Source: Rhizophagus irregularis
Lineage: Eukaryota
NCBI RefSeq assembly: GCF_026210795.1
Contig: NC_089434.1
Span: 806,001 to 870,000 of the forward strand
DNA: 64,000 bases
Direction: 5' to 3'
Below the pieces are notes generated by a model, which was given only the letters and a program-made list of their open reading frames with translations, did no database searches and had not been told where the DNA came from. The position numbers were made by a program, and so were the translations under genes. This document shows positions 28,052 to 41,314 of the stretch, piece after piece (the stretch's first letter is position 1; each line of letters opens with the position of its first letter).

Positions 28052-29010
28052 TTAAACTTTATCAGTAGATAAAGTGTGTATACGTTCTATCGGCCAAGTT
28101 TTTAAAGTGAAATAAGAAGATTCTTTTTGTAATATTAATGCTAATGCCAAATACCAAGCACAAAAAGCAGCGATAACTAAATTTTTTTTAAAAAAAAGAA
28201 AAAAAAAATATTTAGAAAATTTCAATCATTTTTTAATTAACAATAAAAACGTAATTAACAATCGGTAAAAGAATTTACCTCCAAAAACACCACCAGCGAC
28301 TTCGAAAGATTTTAATCCGGTAAAGGTTGCGGTTGTAAGTAAAGTATTAATGATAACCAATAAGGATAAAATTGTAATCAGCACGAGATTCGATTTTAAT
28401 GCACATAATAACATGATGAAAGCAACTATTCAAGGAAAAAAAAATAATAATGTTTAGGTTCATGTAATTTCGAAAAATCAAGTTAAACCATGACTTTTAT
28501 AATTATTAAAGCAAGATACTTACAAATTGTCCAACCCACAAGAAAAATACCAAGTGCATTCCTTAACATTTCTGGATTATCTTTATAAGAAGAAAGAATA
28601 CCTGTGGCGTCATAATTAATGAATCCGAAACAGATCCAATAGCCACCAAAAGATGGGAAAATCGTTCCATGAAAAATATCACCTCTCATCATTTCAAAAA
28701 TTCCAGCTAATACTTGAATAAAACCACCATAGAATAAAGCTAAACCAAGAGCGACATTATGATTGACTACTCCTCCGGTTCCAATTAAATACATTGAAAA
28801 AACGAATAAAGTCATCGCGAAAGATGATAAACCTATTGAAAATTATTTTTCAAAAAAAAAAAAAGAGAAAAAATTAGGCTTTTTTTTCAAGAATTTATAT
28901 TTATGAAAGTATCTAATATGATAGTATTTACCTAATGGAGCAGCATTCGCTTGTGCTTTAGGTGGAACTGAAGTAGTTTCGTCAAGAGTTGAATTTGATT
29001 TTGGCATCAT
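28052..29010 (-). CDS. Gpr1/Fun34/YaaH (Ady2/Ato) family acetate/ammonia transporter, 4 exons
   Basis: ANAAPLG|LSSFAMT signature (consensus NPAPLGL), FYGGFIQVLAGIFE, SFGGYW and multiple hydrophobic helices. Start at 29010, stop at 28054-28052. Confidence 0.88.
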
Positions 29011-31252
29011 GAGTTAAAAATTATATAACGGAGTTATAAAAATTATAAAGCTATTAATTTTTATTTTAGATACTGTATATTTATTATTTTCTTTTCTTTT
29101 CTTTCTGAAAATTTTGCCATGTCAGATTTCGATGTTTATATACAAGATTTCACCTGTTTATCATTTCTAAATTATTCATGACATGATAATATTGATCAAT
29201 TTCTTTATTTGGTTACTACAGCCGTTACTATTCTTTATTTGGATGTGGAGCAATCATCTCATTTATTTTTATCCTATCCTATCGATTAAAACGATTTACA
29301 TTGTTAAATCCTTCGATTTTTTTAAATGTTACACCCCCGTTTTATGACGTTTTATGATGATAACAATAATGTCGTAAGAAAAAAGGAAAAAAAATTAATG
29401 AAAAACTTTCGTAATTTGGTTTTATTTTTTTTTAATATATTCTTAATCATTTTGATAAATAAATAATGAATGATGAGAATTTAAAATTACAATATTTTAA
29501 AACATATAAAGTTATTATTTTTTCTCGAAACATCCATTTTTCTGAAACACATTTTCGTAGATTTTAAACAAACAAAAAACTTCATTGTTAATGATCTTCG
29601 TAATGCATAGTTTTTTCCATATTGTTGTTTTTTTTGTTACACTGGTTACACTTGGCGCCTCATACGATTTTCTATTCCTATATTTACCGATCGAAATTCG
29701 ATTTCAGATTGTGACACGTAAATTATGTTATGTTTGCATATCATTCGATAAAATCCGAGATTACTTTTTATAATAAATAATTTTTATATTTAAAGATCGT
29801 AGACAATTACAATTTCTTATTTTAAAAAAATAAACCATTATTATTTTTGAATTAATATATTTTAATTGAATTAATATGTTTTATTTACACTTTAAAATAA
29901 ACATTCTTTTTTCGTAATCGACATCTTATTCATGTAATAAATAATAAATAATAAATATTTGAATTAAGCCCAAGCTACCTAACTATAATTAGTTATATAT
30001 ATCAATTAAGTTATAAATTTTGTCATTATAAACAAAAAAAAATGTATATGTATAAAAATACATTTATATAATTTTATATTAAGTTTTCTAAAGTCACGTG
30101 ATGGCCAATCATTGTCAACGGTTAAGGTGACCGTGCTAAAATGATCTACAAACAAGGTTTCGGATAGTTTCGGAATACTGGACGAAAATTTCTTAAACGT
30201 GAAAAAATAGTTTCATTAGACTCATAATTACTATATATAGGCTGTTCTACGGCTTAAAAATTGTGATAATATAATTATTTTAGTTATTATTTCAAATAAA
30301 ATTAAAAATCTGTACTCTGTAGTATTCCAGAATTTTCTTTTATAAACTCTTGTGGTTTAAACCTCAAAAGTAATTTATTTTTATAAAAAAAAAAATTATT
30401 AACGCTCACAATAATTCATAAAGCCGAATATTTTATTAAATTTTATCCAATGCAATTTTTTTCCGTTTGAACAGACAGACAGTCCAGTGATGGTAAAGAC
30501 CAGGTCATTTGACCTTCGAATGACCTAGTCATTCGTCATTTGAGTCATTTAGCAAAAATTTATGATATCATATCACGTGATATAAATTTATATGAGATTA
30601 CATAGATAATTTTGGCCAGAATTATGATGTAATTTTTAAATGATTAGGTCATTAATCATTTAATGCTGAAATGACCCAAATGACATGTGACCAGTCATTT
30701 GAGTAATAGATACTCCAGTCGATCATTAGGAATACTGCGGTGACCAATAAGAAAATCAATATTGAATGTCTCATAAAAATGTTCGATCACTATTATTCCT
30801 AATTGATTGGACGGTATGGACGATAACGAGTTGATTATTACTTTCGAGTATCATTTTTATTTCTTGAATTAACGAAGAAATAATTTGAACATAATTACAT
30901 AATTAGTTAATTTTTATTAATTAATATTATTATTATCGTTATTATTATTCATTATTATTATTATTATTATATTATTATCATTTTTACTTAGTATATCTGA
31001 TATTAAATTTATAAAATATATATAAAGGTTAATAAATAATCCAATGTAATGACATATTTCAGTTCGAGTAAGTTGTAAAATATCGTAACTACAAAATTTT
31101 ATTGTAACAATGATGATGTCAAAAAAAAAAAAAAAAAAAGATTTTAATATCATTTCTTTCTCCCTTTTTCATAAAACCTTTTTTTTTATTAATAACTAAT
31201 AACTTGTTTTCTAAATATTTCATTTTCGTTAAAAATTCTAAAAAAAAAAAAA

Positions 31253-32031
31253 ATGCCCCAAATAACGAATCCCAAGAAATGGACTACGGATGAACTTCTT
31301 GGAATTCTCTCTTATATCGAAAGTCATCCATTTGATTCCTTGTCAGAGGCATGCAGAAAAGCAATAAAACATCAAAATATTGATAGAACTCATAAGAGCA
31401 CTTATTCAAAAATGACAAGATTAATTTACGCAATAAAGTTATGGTTGAATGATCATATACAAAATGGTGAAGCGATCATTTGGAAAGATGATAGAGTGTA
31501 TAAGCTATTGGAAAAAATTTGCGAGACACGGGAATCTAACAAAAATAATAAAAATCAAGAGCAAGAATTACAACGAGGTGATCAAATTGAAAGCACTATT
31601 GAAACTAATAGTGTGATCGATAAAAGCGAAGAGCAAGACCTCACAGATAATTTCAGTGATTCAACTATGGATGGAGATTATTATACTGATCATCTTGACT
31701 TATACAGGTAATTATCCATTTAACTTAAAATTTTGAGCCTATTAATAAAAACTACTATTTTAAATTTTTTTTTTTTAAAAAAAAAATATAATTTAGGAAA
31801 AATAAAGAACAATTTCCTTCTTTCCACCTTCCATTAAAGATCTTGAGTGATAGAATCTATGAAGCAGAAAAAGAAGCAAGAGAAGTTTATGAAACGACTA
31901 CTGCTGAAAACGAAGATATGAATTATCATCAAATTTGTCAAATAATCAAACAAATTCAAGAGTATCGAGATGAAGTGTGTGGTTTATTTGAGGAATTCGA
32001 AAAAAAGATCAACGAAATGAGATCATTATAA
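31253..32031 (+). CDS. Myb/SANT-like plus coiled-coil family, copy A (divergent, outside the main array)
   Basis: Exons 31253-31707 and 31797-32031 with a phase-2 intron. KKWTTDELLGILSYI..RTHKSTYSKM..IIWKD. Confidence 0.7.
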
Positions 32032-32282
32032 TTAAATGAATTCTTTTTGATAAAAAAATATTTTTTTTTTTTTAATAATTTGTTTTAAATTTTGCTATTT
32101 TTGTAAAAGGCATACTAAAATTTGAATTTATTCAGGTATTTGAATATAGCTTTAAACTTTAAAAGGAAAATATTACAAAGAGATATTATTTTACTTTTTT
32201 GTATTTTGCTTTCACAATTCCAATTTTTTTTTCCTTTGTTATATAACGTATGATCATGAAATAAATAGTCATTAACAAAGTA

Positions 32283-32458
32283 CCCTATGAAAAAAAATTT
32301 TGAAATACATTAAAAATTGCTATTTTAAAGTATTAATTTTTTACACAAAATGTAATGTATTAAATTACATCTAAAATTGCAATTTTAAGTATAATTTAAA
32401 AATTTTAAATATAATTTTAAAGTATGTGCATTTTAAGTATATTTTTTGTTTCATAGGG
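32283..32458. mobile_element. MITE with CCC...GGG ends flanked by TA
   Basis: TACCCTATGAAA at 32281 and TTTCATAGGGTA ending at 32460. Confidence 0.65.
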
Positions 32459-33593
32459 TACTGTACTATTTAATATCGTACCGCGGGTCATAGCACCTTT
32501 CAAATCCTTGTATCACCATGTCTATAGCCCGAATATTTTTTTATGGATAATATCTGGGTAAATTAAAATTCTTTAAATAATAAAATCAATAAAAAAAATG
32601 AAACTTTTGAGGATACTACGCATAAGGTGCTGTGGCCGTGGCCCACAATATACGGTGTTATGTTATTATTATTCATAGAAATTTTACGTCATTACGACAT
32701 TTAATATGTTGCCGATCCAATGTTACTTATTGTACCGTCAGAATCCAATTCTATTTTGCAATCCCGGTACTTTAATGATTAAAATTAACGAATCCGACGA
32801 CAATATTTTTAAGTTCAACAATCAATAACCATTTAATGTCCAATGAGTGTTGGTTTATATAATGATTTACAAGTTTTGGGGCGTAAAAAAATTTCATTGA
32901 TTTCGGATACAGAAATTCATATTGTATTATTCTCTATATACGCGTAAAAAAAATAAAGAAATACGAAAACAAATAATTTATAAATAATTATCCAAGTATG
33001 GTAAATTCTCATTATGTATGGTTACTAAATAATACATATCCGTACTTTTTTACTTATCATGTTTTAAGTATAAAAAAAAAATTTTAAAGAAAAAAGAATT
33101 GATCAAAATTGTCAAATAAAATAAAATAAAAAAAAAATGTAAGAAAGAAATGAAAATGGAAGGAATAAAAAATTTACTTAATAAAGAAGTTTTTAGCCAA
33201 AAAAAGAGTTAAAAATTAATAAATATCGAACGGACTTAATAAGGATCAATTAACCCTATTTAAATGTTTACCCGATTAAAACTAATCTTAATTGTTAATT
33301 GTCAATAATAATTCTTTTATTCGAAACAAAATATCCATAAAGAAAAGTCTTGGCATCTTGGCGTTTCTAGATTAAAAATATGTATCACAAATTTTTGATA
33401 AACATTTTGTTTGTCAGATTAGGAATTAGTGTCACAAAACGACTGATCAAATCATTCTTCGTACAAAGTTTTATGAGCGAAAAGTTTAAAAAATTTAAAT
33501 ATAAATAGAATTTCAATTCAATGACTTGTCGACTCTTCATTAATTTTTTTCATATAGGAAAAAAAATCAAATCGTCACTTTTCAACTGTTAAT

Positions 33594-34706
33594 ATGGCTC
33601 AATACTACAGAATACCATTGAAAAAAAATGAACCATCTTCCAAATATTCATGGGAAGAAAAATTAATAATTCACAAGAACATTGCAAGAAGCAAGTATGG
33701 TAGACTTGTTGAAAAAGAACCGTTAAAAGACGTAGCTACGGAACCAGTAACCGATTATGATAATGATATCGGATATTACGGTCCAGCAATTCTTGGTGGT
33801 CAAAAGTTTCAACTTCTTTTTGATACTGGTAGCGCAGACTTATGGGTCCCCAAAGTATCCTACAACAATGGAACAAAAACCAAACATAGCACATTTGATC
33901 CAGAAAAATCAGATACTTTTAAAACCGACAATAAATCATTTTCAATTACTTATGGTACAGGACATACTTCAGGTGTGGCTGCAACTGATACATTTGAATT
34001 TGCTGGTTTTTCCATCAAAGATCAAGCTTTCGGTCTCGCTGACACCGTTTCTGATGATTTTACGAACGCTCCATTTGACGGAATTCTTGGTATGGCTTTT
34101 GATCAGTTAAGCGAGCTACAAGCCCCAACCCCATTTCAAAATTTAATTAATAACCATAGTGTCTCATCATCTGTGTTTGGCTTCGTACTTGGCCGTGCAG
34201 AGGATGGCACTAACGGCAACAGTGAGCTTACAATTGGTGGAGTTGATCCAAAATTTTCAAATAACATTAAATATAACAAGGTTGTTAACAGACGAGGATT
34301 CTGGCAGATTGCTTTAGGTGGTGCGCAAGTAAACGATAAAACAGTAGATGTAAAAGGAGGTGAAGCTATTATTGACACTGGTACAACTCTTGTTATCATT
34401 CCTCCTGAGGATGCTGATGCTATTCATAATGCAATTCCCGGTGCGAAAAAACAAGGTCAAAATTACTTAATTCCAACCAATTCTAAAGCCGTAGTAGCTT
34501 TTACTTTTGGAGGAGTAACCTATAATATTAATCCTGCAGACATGACCGTTGATGATGTAGGAAATGGTCTAAGTGTTTCGGGCATCCAAGGCGAAAATAT
34601 GCCTGGTATGGAAAATACATGGTTGGTCGGTGATGTGTTCCTTAAGAACGTATTTAATGCTTATGATGTCAATAAATCGGCTGTGGGATTTGCTCCATTG
34701 GAATAG
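33594..34706 (+). CDS. Pepsin-family (A1, rhizopuspepsin-like) aspartic protease, intronless
   Basis: Catalytic FDTGSADLW and IIDTGTT, flap ITYGTG, DGILG, LVGDVFLK and VGFA. Propeptide RIPLKK. Confidence 0.96.
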   Translation: MAQYYRIPLKKNEPSSKYSWEEKLIIHKNIARSKYGRLVEKEPLKDVATEPVTDYDNDIGYYGPAILGGQKFQLLFDTGSADLWVPKVSYNNGTKTKHSTFDPEKSDTFKTDNKSFSITYGTGHTSGVAATDTFEFAGFSIKDQAFGLADTVSDDFTNAPFDGILGMAFDQLSELQAPTPFQNLINNHSVSSSVFGFVLGRAEDGTNGNSELTIGGVDPKFSNNIKYNKVVNRRGFWQIALGGAQVNDKTVDVKGGEAIIDTGTTLVIIPPEDADAIHNAIPGAKKQGQNYLIPTNSKAVVAFTFGGVTYNINPADMTVDDVGNGLSVSGIQGENMPGMENTWLVGDVFLKNVFNAYDVNKSAVGFAPLE

Positions 34707-36336
34707 AAGATTAATTTAGTTAGTTGTTTTATCCGAATATACGTATATTATAAATTTTTTTTTTTCTGTAAATTAAACGAATTATATGTATGAAGTATAA
34801 TTTTTATAAATAAATGGTATTTTAAATTTTAAATAATAAAGCGTACTACTAACCAAAAAAAGTGCGTCAACGATATAAAATATTTTAATAATTACTAGTA
34901 TTCTTCTTTTTTTTTCTTCCAAAGTGAATTACTTAAGAAACGATTAAAAAGTTTTTTCATATCGCCATTTTTTTAAAATGGAGTATCCTAAGAAAATTTC
35001 TAAAATATCATCTCTAGTGATCATCATCGTACCAGCATTAGCAGATATTAGTGGGCAGAGTTTCATGACATTTTTAATTCTGCTCAAAAATTCTACCCTA
35101 ATTTTGGTAAGGTAACAATCACAAGCGGTGATATTTAGCATTACTCATTTTTATGACTCGGTACAAAGATCATCATCGGACGAAAATTATCTAATCCCAA
35201 ATTTATAATATACAGTACGTCATAAGTAGCGACAATATTTCAATCTTACAAATATTTTTTTTTTTTTCGAAGGATTATCTTCTTAATGGGTTTACCACAA
35301 AATCTTGACAACCAAAATCCCAAAGTTTTTTTTTAAATATAATTTTAAAAATGCAATGACGCAGTAACGGGTTAATTTGTTGTAAATTTTATTAATACCA
35401 ATGTAAATTGGTTGCAATTTTATTAATATTAATGCAAATTAACTAACGTTACTATATTATTAATGAAAATTTTTTATCTTAGTTAAAAGGATTATGTACA
35501 GTATATTACTAGATTACTAGCAAACTATTCCTTATCTTATAAAATTAGAAACTATTGCATTAAAAAATTAACTGATCCCAAATTCATCTGATTTAAATCA
35601 TCGGGATTTGCACTTATCGGTCGATACTATGGGTGTCAGGATTTTTTGGTGATCCCGTGCAGAGTGGCATTTTATCTTATACACTCCTGATGATATATAC
35701 TCTACGAGTGGAAGCAAATACCAAATTAATCTCATGAAGACTGCCGTTAAAGAAAACCTAGAATTACTTCGAAGCAACGTGAAAAGGTAATAGGCATTAT
35801 TGTTGGGTTGTTGAAGGATCGTGTTAGTGTAGATAGTTCTCCGGGCTAGAATCAAAAAATTTATCAAAAATAATATGTATCCTGGGCTGCGTCCCGAACC
35901 TTTGTATTTATTTTCGCATGTAATAATAATAAAAATTTCTTGGAAAAAATCCGTTAACAAGTTAACAGGTTGACGAAATAATCTACATATTTTTCCAAGA
36001 CCTCGTGGTCCCGGAAATTTTTAAAAATTTAAAACGTTAGTAGGGTTTACGGCTACATACGCCACAAAATATCATATGATCGTGATTTTTTGGTTAGTTG
36101 ATGAAATGGTTACATGCTTTCTTTTTATAGTAGTTGTTCTTTTGTTATTTTTACTAATAAAATATTTTTTTTTTCAATACATTTGGAATTAAATTATATT
36201 AATAGAAAAATGAAATGGGATAAGGAATGGGGATTGGTTTGCCATCCCATTAATATGGGTAGCATGTATATATGAACAGGCCTCAGTATACCAAGAGAAA
36301 TTGACTAAGTATATTATCTTTATAAAAAAAAATACT

Positions 36337-36800
36337 ATACTCCAAAAGCAGCAAAATAACCAGTTACTCTCGCAGTACCGCTAAATTCGAAACATGATTC
36401 AAATTTTCCATCTTCTACACTATTATAATCATGGAGTATTGTGCTTACATTGTGTAGATTCGAGGTAGTTACAATTTCTTGATTATTCAAATATATAGCA
36501 AATTGGGCTACTTTGTATCAACATCATATGTTGTCACACCGACTGATATATCTATTGCTGCGAATGAAGAAGAACTTGAACAGGGAATTTTACTATTTTG
36601 ATTGTCCCATGTCATGTACGAGCTAGCACACTGTGCTTGTGTGTCATTCTCTGTTAGAAAATAATCAACACAAACTTCGCCGCCATTACATTTGTTATGG
36701 CCATAAATATTATCATGTCTCAACATCAAAGCGCGCTCACCCGGCAACTCAAGAAATGGCTAGAAGGGGTAAAAAGGGAGGAAAAATTAGTGACGTAATT
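36337..36800 (-). pseudogene. Frameshifted remnant of a small Cys-containing, probably secreted protein gene
   Basis: Hydrophobic leader fragment, CNGGEVCVDY..QAQCAS..PC, and downstream KFESCFEFSGTARVTGYFAAF in another frame, with stops between. Confidence 0.4.
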
Positions 36801-37477
36801 GGCAAAGAAGCTCGCCAGTCAAGCAGCATACGAAGCAGCTAGTAGAGAAAGAGAAAATCAAGAGTTTCAACAATTTACTCTTACTCCAAAATACAAACCA
36901 TCAAAACTGCGAGATATAAAATACCGCTAATTATCGCTCAAACCTTGCTTACAGGCTCTTCCAATGTAAAGCTTTATCTGTAGGTATTAATCATCTTTTT
37001 TCTTTTTTTTTCTTTTTTGCTTATTTTAACGTTAAGTAATCTTTAGTAAATAAGTTGAATTTTTTTATTTACTCCTATTTTTCAGATTTAAATCCTATCG
37101 AATTCATTTTCGAATTTTTATAATTTACAAATTTTTCAATAAAGTTTCACCTACGTCGGGCTTCTGATTTTTTAACAGTGCATGTACAATAAATAATGAA
37201 CTTTTATTAAACCCATTCTGCACTTTTGTTATTTTTTTTTACCGCCTACGCGTGACTTTGATAAAGGGCTGCTAACAAATAGTTTTTATCATTTTATAAT
37301 ATCGCATTTCTAAATTCTAATCATTTATCCAATGAAATTTAAATGATGATTAGAACTATATAACGTTAAAAATTTTTATTCATTTAAAAACATATAACAT
37401 AAATAGTCTGGAGATGTAATGCTCATATCGAGCAATTTGACAATTTGAACAGAATTTTTTTTAAACCTCAAACTTCG

Positions 37478-37656
37478 TTATTGTCCGAAGCGTAGCGGAG
37501 GACATTAATGGTTAGACACATTGTAATGCAAGGTATGTCTGTCCGCACGCGTGATTAACCAATAAGATGTATTATTGATTATTATTACATGATCAGATTT
37601 TTCAGCGTGATTTTAAACGAGTGCTTCAGACATTACAACAGATCCCGTTACCTAGT
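37478..37656 (+). mobile_element. Helentron-derived non-autonomous element (HINE/DINE-like)
   Basis: 5' hairpin TGTCCGAAGCGTAGCGGAGGACA, GTCTGTCCG core, 3' subterminal IR CTTCAGACATTAC, short hairpin, then CTAGT. Confidence 0.6.
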
Positions 37657-37890
37657 AATACTGTAAAAAAAAAAATATTATTAATTATTAAATAATATAT
37701 AATGGAAATATTTACAAATTAAAATTTAACCTAGCTTTGAGCAAAGTATGCTTACAAACACATTCTTAAAAATAGTTAAGCTAGTTTATTGTAAACTACT
37801 GGATTTGGAACTTAAGGGTATTACGTATCACGTGAGATTTTATATTTATCGACATGGCAAATTTATATAGCAATAGTAATGCAAATTTCT

Positions 37891-38614
37891 AAGGATTGGT
37901 GTCCCTAGTGTAATGGCCTAAGGCGTCTACACTCCCTATTGATCTGACCAATCAATAGGACGCAGGTTCAGATCATCCAGCCAACGATCCTTGCTATGAA
38001 TATTACTGCGTGCGCAGCCACCAATTGCGTTGAAGATCCCGTACCCTTAGGGGGAGCTGAAATGATGCCAACCGATGGTGAGGTGGTTGATGTGATCATT
38101 GGTAGACTGGTATGGCGAGTCCTAGGACTGGTCACTGACTCGACCGAACGTCTGGAGCTGGTAGGTGGCTACCACTCTGCACAAGCCTGTGAGTCTCATC
38201 TGAGCTGTAAATTCAGGATATTCGGATTGCCATAAGGTTCATATAGCTCTTGTTAAAACATCTTGGTACCCGAAAAAGGCCCTTAGGGGATATAATAGGT
38301 AGGGGCGGGACTACCAACCACTTAGTGGTCAACCAATTTGAAGAGCTGTGAATACTTTGCGGTCGACTCTAACCTGAGGTAGTGTAGACTGGGAGCATAG
38401 ACGACCAATGCATTACCCCCTTAGGGGAGGGTTAGAGGTGTAGATATAGAGTGGTCCCAACTATGTTGGGCCACCCTATATCTCTAGGACAGAATTCATC
38501 ACGCTTCAGGTGGCTTGACGTGTAGTGATAGAATTACATATAGACTCATTTTATGTTGTCCGCGTAATTGAATCTACCGTTTCGCTTTTCTGTTTTCTAA
38601 AAATAAAAAATAAA
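37891..38614 (+). mobile_element. GC-rich SINE-like retroposon with a tRNA-like head
   Basis: 19-bp TSD AATAGTAATGCAAATTTCT at 37872-37890 and 38615-38633. A-rich tail. A-box-like TAGTGTAATGG and B-box-like GGTTCAGATC. No convincing ORF. Confidence 0.75.
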
Positions 38615-38875
38615 AATAGTAATGCAAATTTCTGTACAATATAGATTTCTGTAATATTTAACATAAAAGGGTAAGATTTATATGGTTAGAAGGCAACGCT
38701 CCTGAACTTTATTTGCCAACTTTAAAAGATTTATTTTTTTAAAAAAAGTCTTTAAAATCTTCATATGAAGTTGTGAATATGAATATATGTTTTTGCGAAT
38801 AGGCAAACTTAAATTTTATTGGGTATTAGTATCATGATTAGTTATTTATAATACGTGATATATATAAGATGTAAA

Positions 38876-39096
38876 TAAGGTTGCTTGCCGAAACCTTCTT
38901 AATAACTGCCGAAACCTATACGGAAAATGCCGAAACTATATTAAATCATATTAAAAATCCTGCCGAAACTTTGCCGAAATGCCGAAACCCCCATTTGCCG
39001 AAACTGCCGAAACCTGCCGAAACTATAGTAAACATATAGTAAAATCTTGCCGAAATTTATCGCAGGATTTTGGAGAGGTTTTGGCAAGCAACCTTA
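38876..39096. mobile_element. hAT MITE (TAAGGTTGCTTGCC family), copy 1
   Basis: TIR TAAGGTTGCTTGCC, 8-bp TSD GATGTAAA, internal GCCGAAA repeats. Confidence 0.9.
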
Positions 39097-39439
39097 GATG
39101 TAAACAAAAACAATTTGCCAAATGATATATATAAAAAATCACATGGTACGTAATACCCTTAAACTGAACTGCTTGAGCAAAATAACATCCATAGAATTGT
39201 GAAGCCGTGAGTGATAGCTTTCAGAATACCAAGGAAAATTTTGATCTGTATGTTAGTGCACATTGATGTCCACACGTTATCCTAGCCAGAAAAGCACATA
39301 ATGCAGAGAAAAAATTATTCTCATTTATATTACAAACGTTGTATAAAAAAGCTCAGCCGGTATTGAAGGTCATTAACAGACAGGCTTATAATGTCTCTGC
39401 TTATCATAATGAATAACCAGATTTTTTTCTCAACTTAAT

Positions 39440-39966
39440 TAAAGATGGTCAACGGTCCTACTCAGTTCTACGTGGTCCAGTCTCAACTGGTTCCAGTCTT
39501 CATAGGACTGGACCAACAGTCCTGATTATTTGTGGCGTAGTAGGATCATTTTGGGGACCGAGTGACTGACCTAAGACCGACCAAAAGACCATCAGTCCGT
39601 CTTATAAATTTTTTTTTATTATTACTCTAGTAAATGTTTTTTGTATTAAACAAAAAAAATAATATACTTATACTATATACTAAGAAGGTAGTACCTACTG
39701 ACTATTTTTTTTTATATTTTTAATTTCTTTATTTTAGATTTCTTTATAATCCCATTCCTACTACCTATAAAAAGTGATTAAAAAATAAATAAGTATTAAT
39801 AATATTCCTCAGTCTTTTGAAAACTGCGATCCTAAAAAGACCATCAGTCTTGTTGATCCATCAGATGATCACGAGGACCGCAAAAGACTGTGGTCCTACA
39901 TGGTCTGGTCTTTTTGCATGTAGAATCGGAAAGACCGATGGTCTTTAGGACTGATGACCATCTTTA
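39440..39966. mobile_element. hAT MITE
   Basis: TIR TAAAGATGGTCA, 8-bp TSD AACTTAAT. Confidence 0.88.
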
Positions 39967-40664
39967 AACTTAATACCTACAGGAAGCCACACAGCTGAGC
40001 CACTGATTTATATGTATCATAGTATATCACCTGTTTAATTTATGAGTCGATTCTATTATTTGTATAACTTATTTTATAGTATCTTATGTATAACTAAGTC
40101 TTTTTTCTATGAACATTATTTGGTATCCAGGAAGAATTTTTGGTTTTTATTTGTTATATAAGATTTTGTAAATGGGTGTGATGTAATTTTTTGTTTATTA
40201 CAATCTAGAAACCATAACAAAAATTTTTTAATAATATATAAATAATTACAAAAAAAAAGAAAATAAAATTTCCTTACTTCTTTCATTTGAAATTCTGCTT
40301 GCTTTTTTATTTCTATTCCATTGGCTGTATTTGGCAAAGGTTGTATTCTTTATATAATAATTTTTAAATCTTCCAATTCTTCACATAAAGGTTAATTAGG
40401 ATTAGCATTTAAATTTAATGAATTCTGGTTTTCTTCACATAAATATTGATTGGCAGCAATTGAATTTGTATTACTATATACATCCAAAATTAAGCACCCT
40501 TTTTTTGACCATAATGCTGGCCAGGAATGGCATAATGCAGGCCAAATTTTCATAATTCTGGCCAGAGGTGCTTATTTTTGGGGTGTTTATTTAATATCAG
40601 ATGTATACAGTATGTGATAAAATGCTACTCTTTCTAAATCTAATAATAGATTCCATATTTTTAA

Positions 40665-40972
40665 TAGAGGTACGATTCAAGTTCTAAAAGACCATCCGGA
40701 TTGAATTCAGATGCTCATTAACACATCTGAATTCAATCCAGATCGTCAAACTAATCTTAATTCTGGCCAAAATTGTAATTTTAGGCAGAATTGAAGTTTT
40801 AATAATGAGAATTAGCCCTGCCTAAACTTTTAGTACTGGCCCAAGCTAACTATAGTGCTGGTCAGAATTAAAAATTGGATCAATCCGTCAAAAATAATCA
40901 GATACAAATATTTGATTTCAATTCAGATGAATGGATCAATCTGAATTGACTGGATTACGAATCATAGCACTA
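40665..40972. mobile_element. Old hAT-like MITE
   Basis: Imperfect TIR TAGAGGTACGATTC / GAATCATAGCACTA and near-TSD ATTTTTAA/ATTTTAAG. Confidence 0.55.
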
Positions 40973-40997
40973 ATTTTAAGTCCCCAAGACTTCCAGC

Positions 40998-41314
40998 TAG
41001 AGGTCTACATTCGACTACTGCTATTTCACAACCTGGCGCAGCCTGCAATTGGAAATTAACATAAATTGCCTAACCCAGTTCAGTCCAACTTAATATATCA
41101 AAAGCCTGACCTGAACTGAACCTGAACTTTTATTATATCATTTTGTTGTAAAAACAAAAGAATTGGCCAACTTAATTTTAGCCAGAATTACGAAAATCTG
41201 GATTTAATGAAAATTCATGTGCTGGTCCAGGTGAATTTTGAAGAAAATTTGCCAGCATCCAGATCTAGGCCAGGTTAGGGTTTTCAGGTTCTAGGTCCCA
41301 TTTGCAAACCTCTA
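40998..41314. mobile_element. hAT MITE
   Basis: TAGAGGT...ACCTCTA ends, TSD CTTCCAGC/CTTCCACC. Confidence 0.7.

Larger units (their letters stand above)
37816..39158. mobile_element. Kolobok-like non-autonomous element carrying two nested inserts
   Basis: TTAA-GGGTATTACGTA ... TACGTAATACCC-TTAA, i.e. TTAA TSD with RR...YY termini. Confidence 0.7.

Noticed and set aside
37891..37993. Functional tRNA gene
   Set aside because: No canonical cloverleaf or anticodon arm could be drawn, and it is the head of a TSD-flanked insert.
37996..38235. 79-aa ORF in the GC-rich insert
   Set aside because: No recognisable motif; expected by chance in GC-rich sequence.
38880..39060. GCCGAAA repeats as a CRISPR-like array
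   Set aside because: Short, irregularly spaced subterminal motifs of a hAT MITE in a eukaryotic genome.
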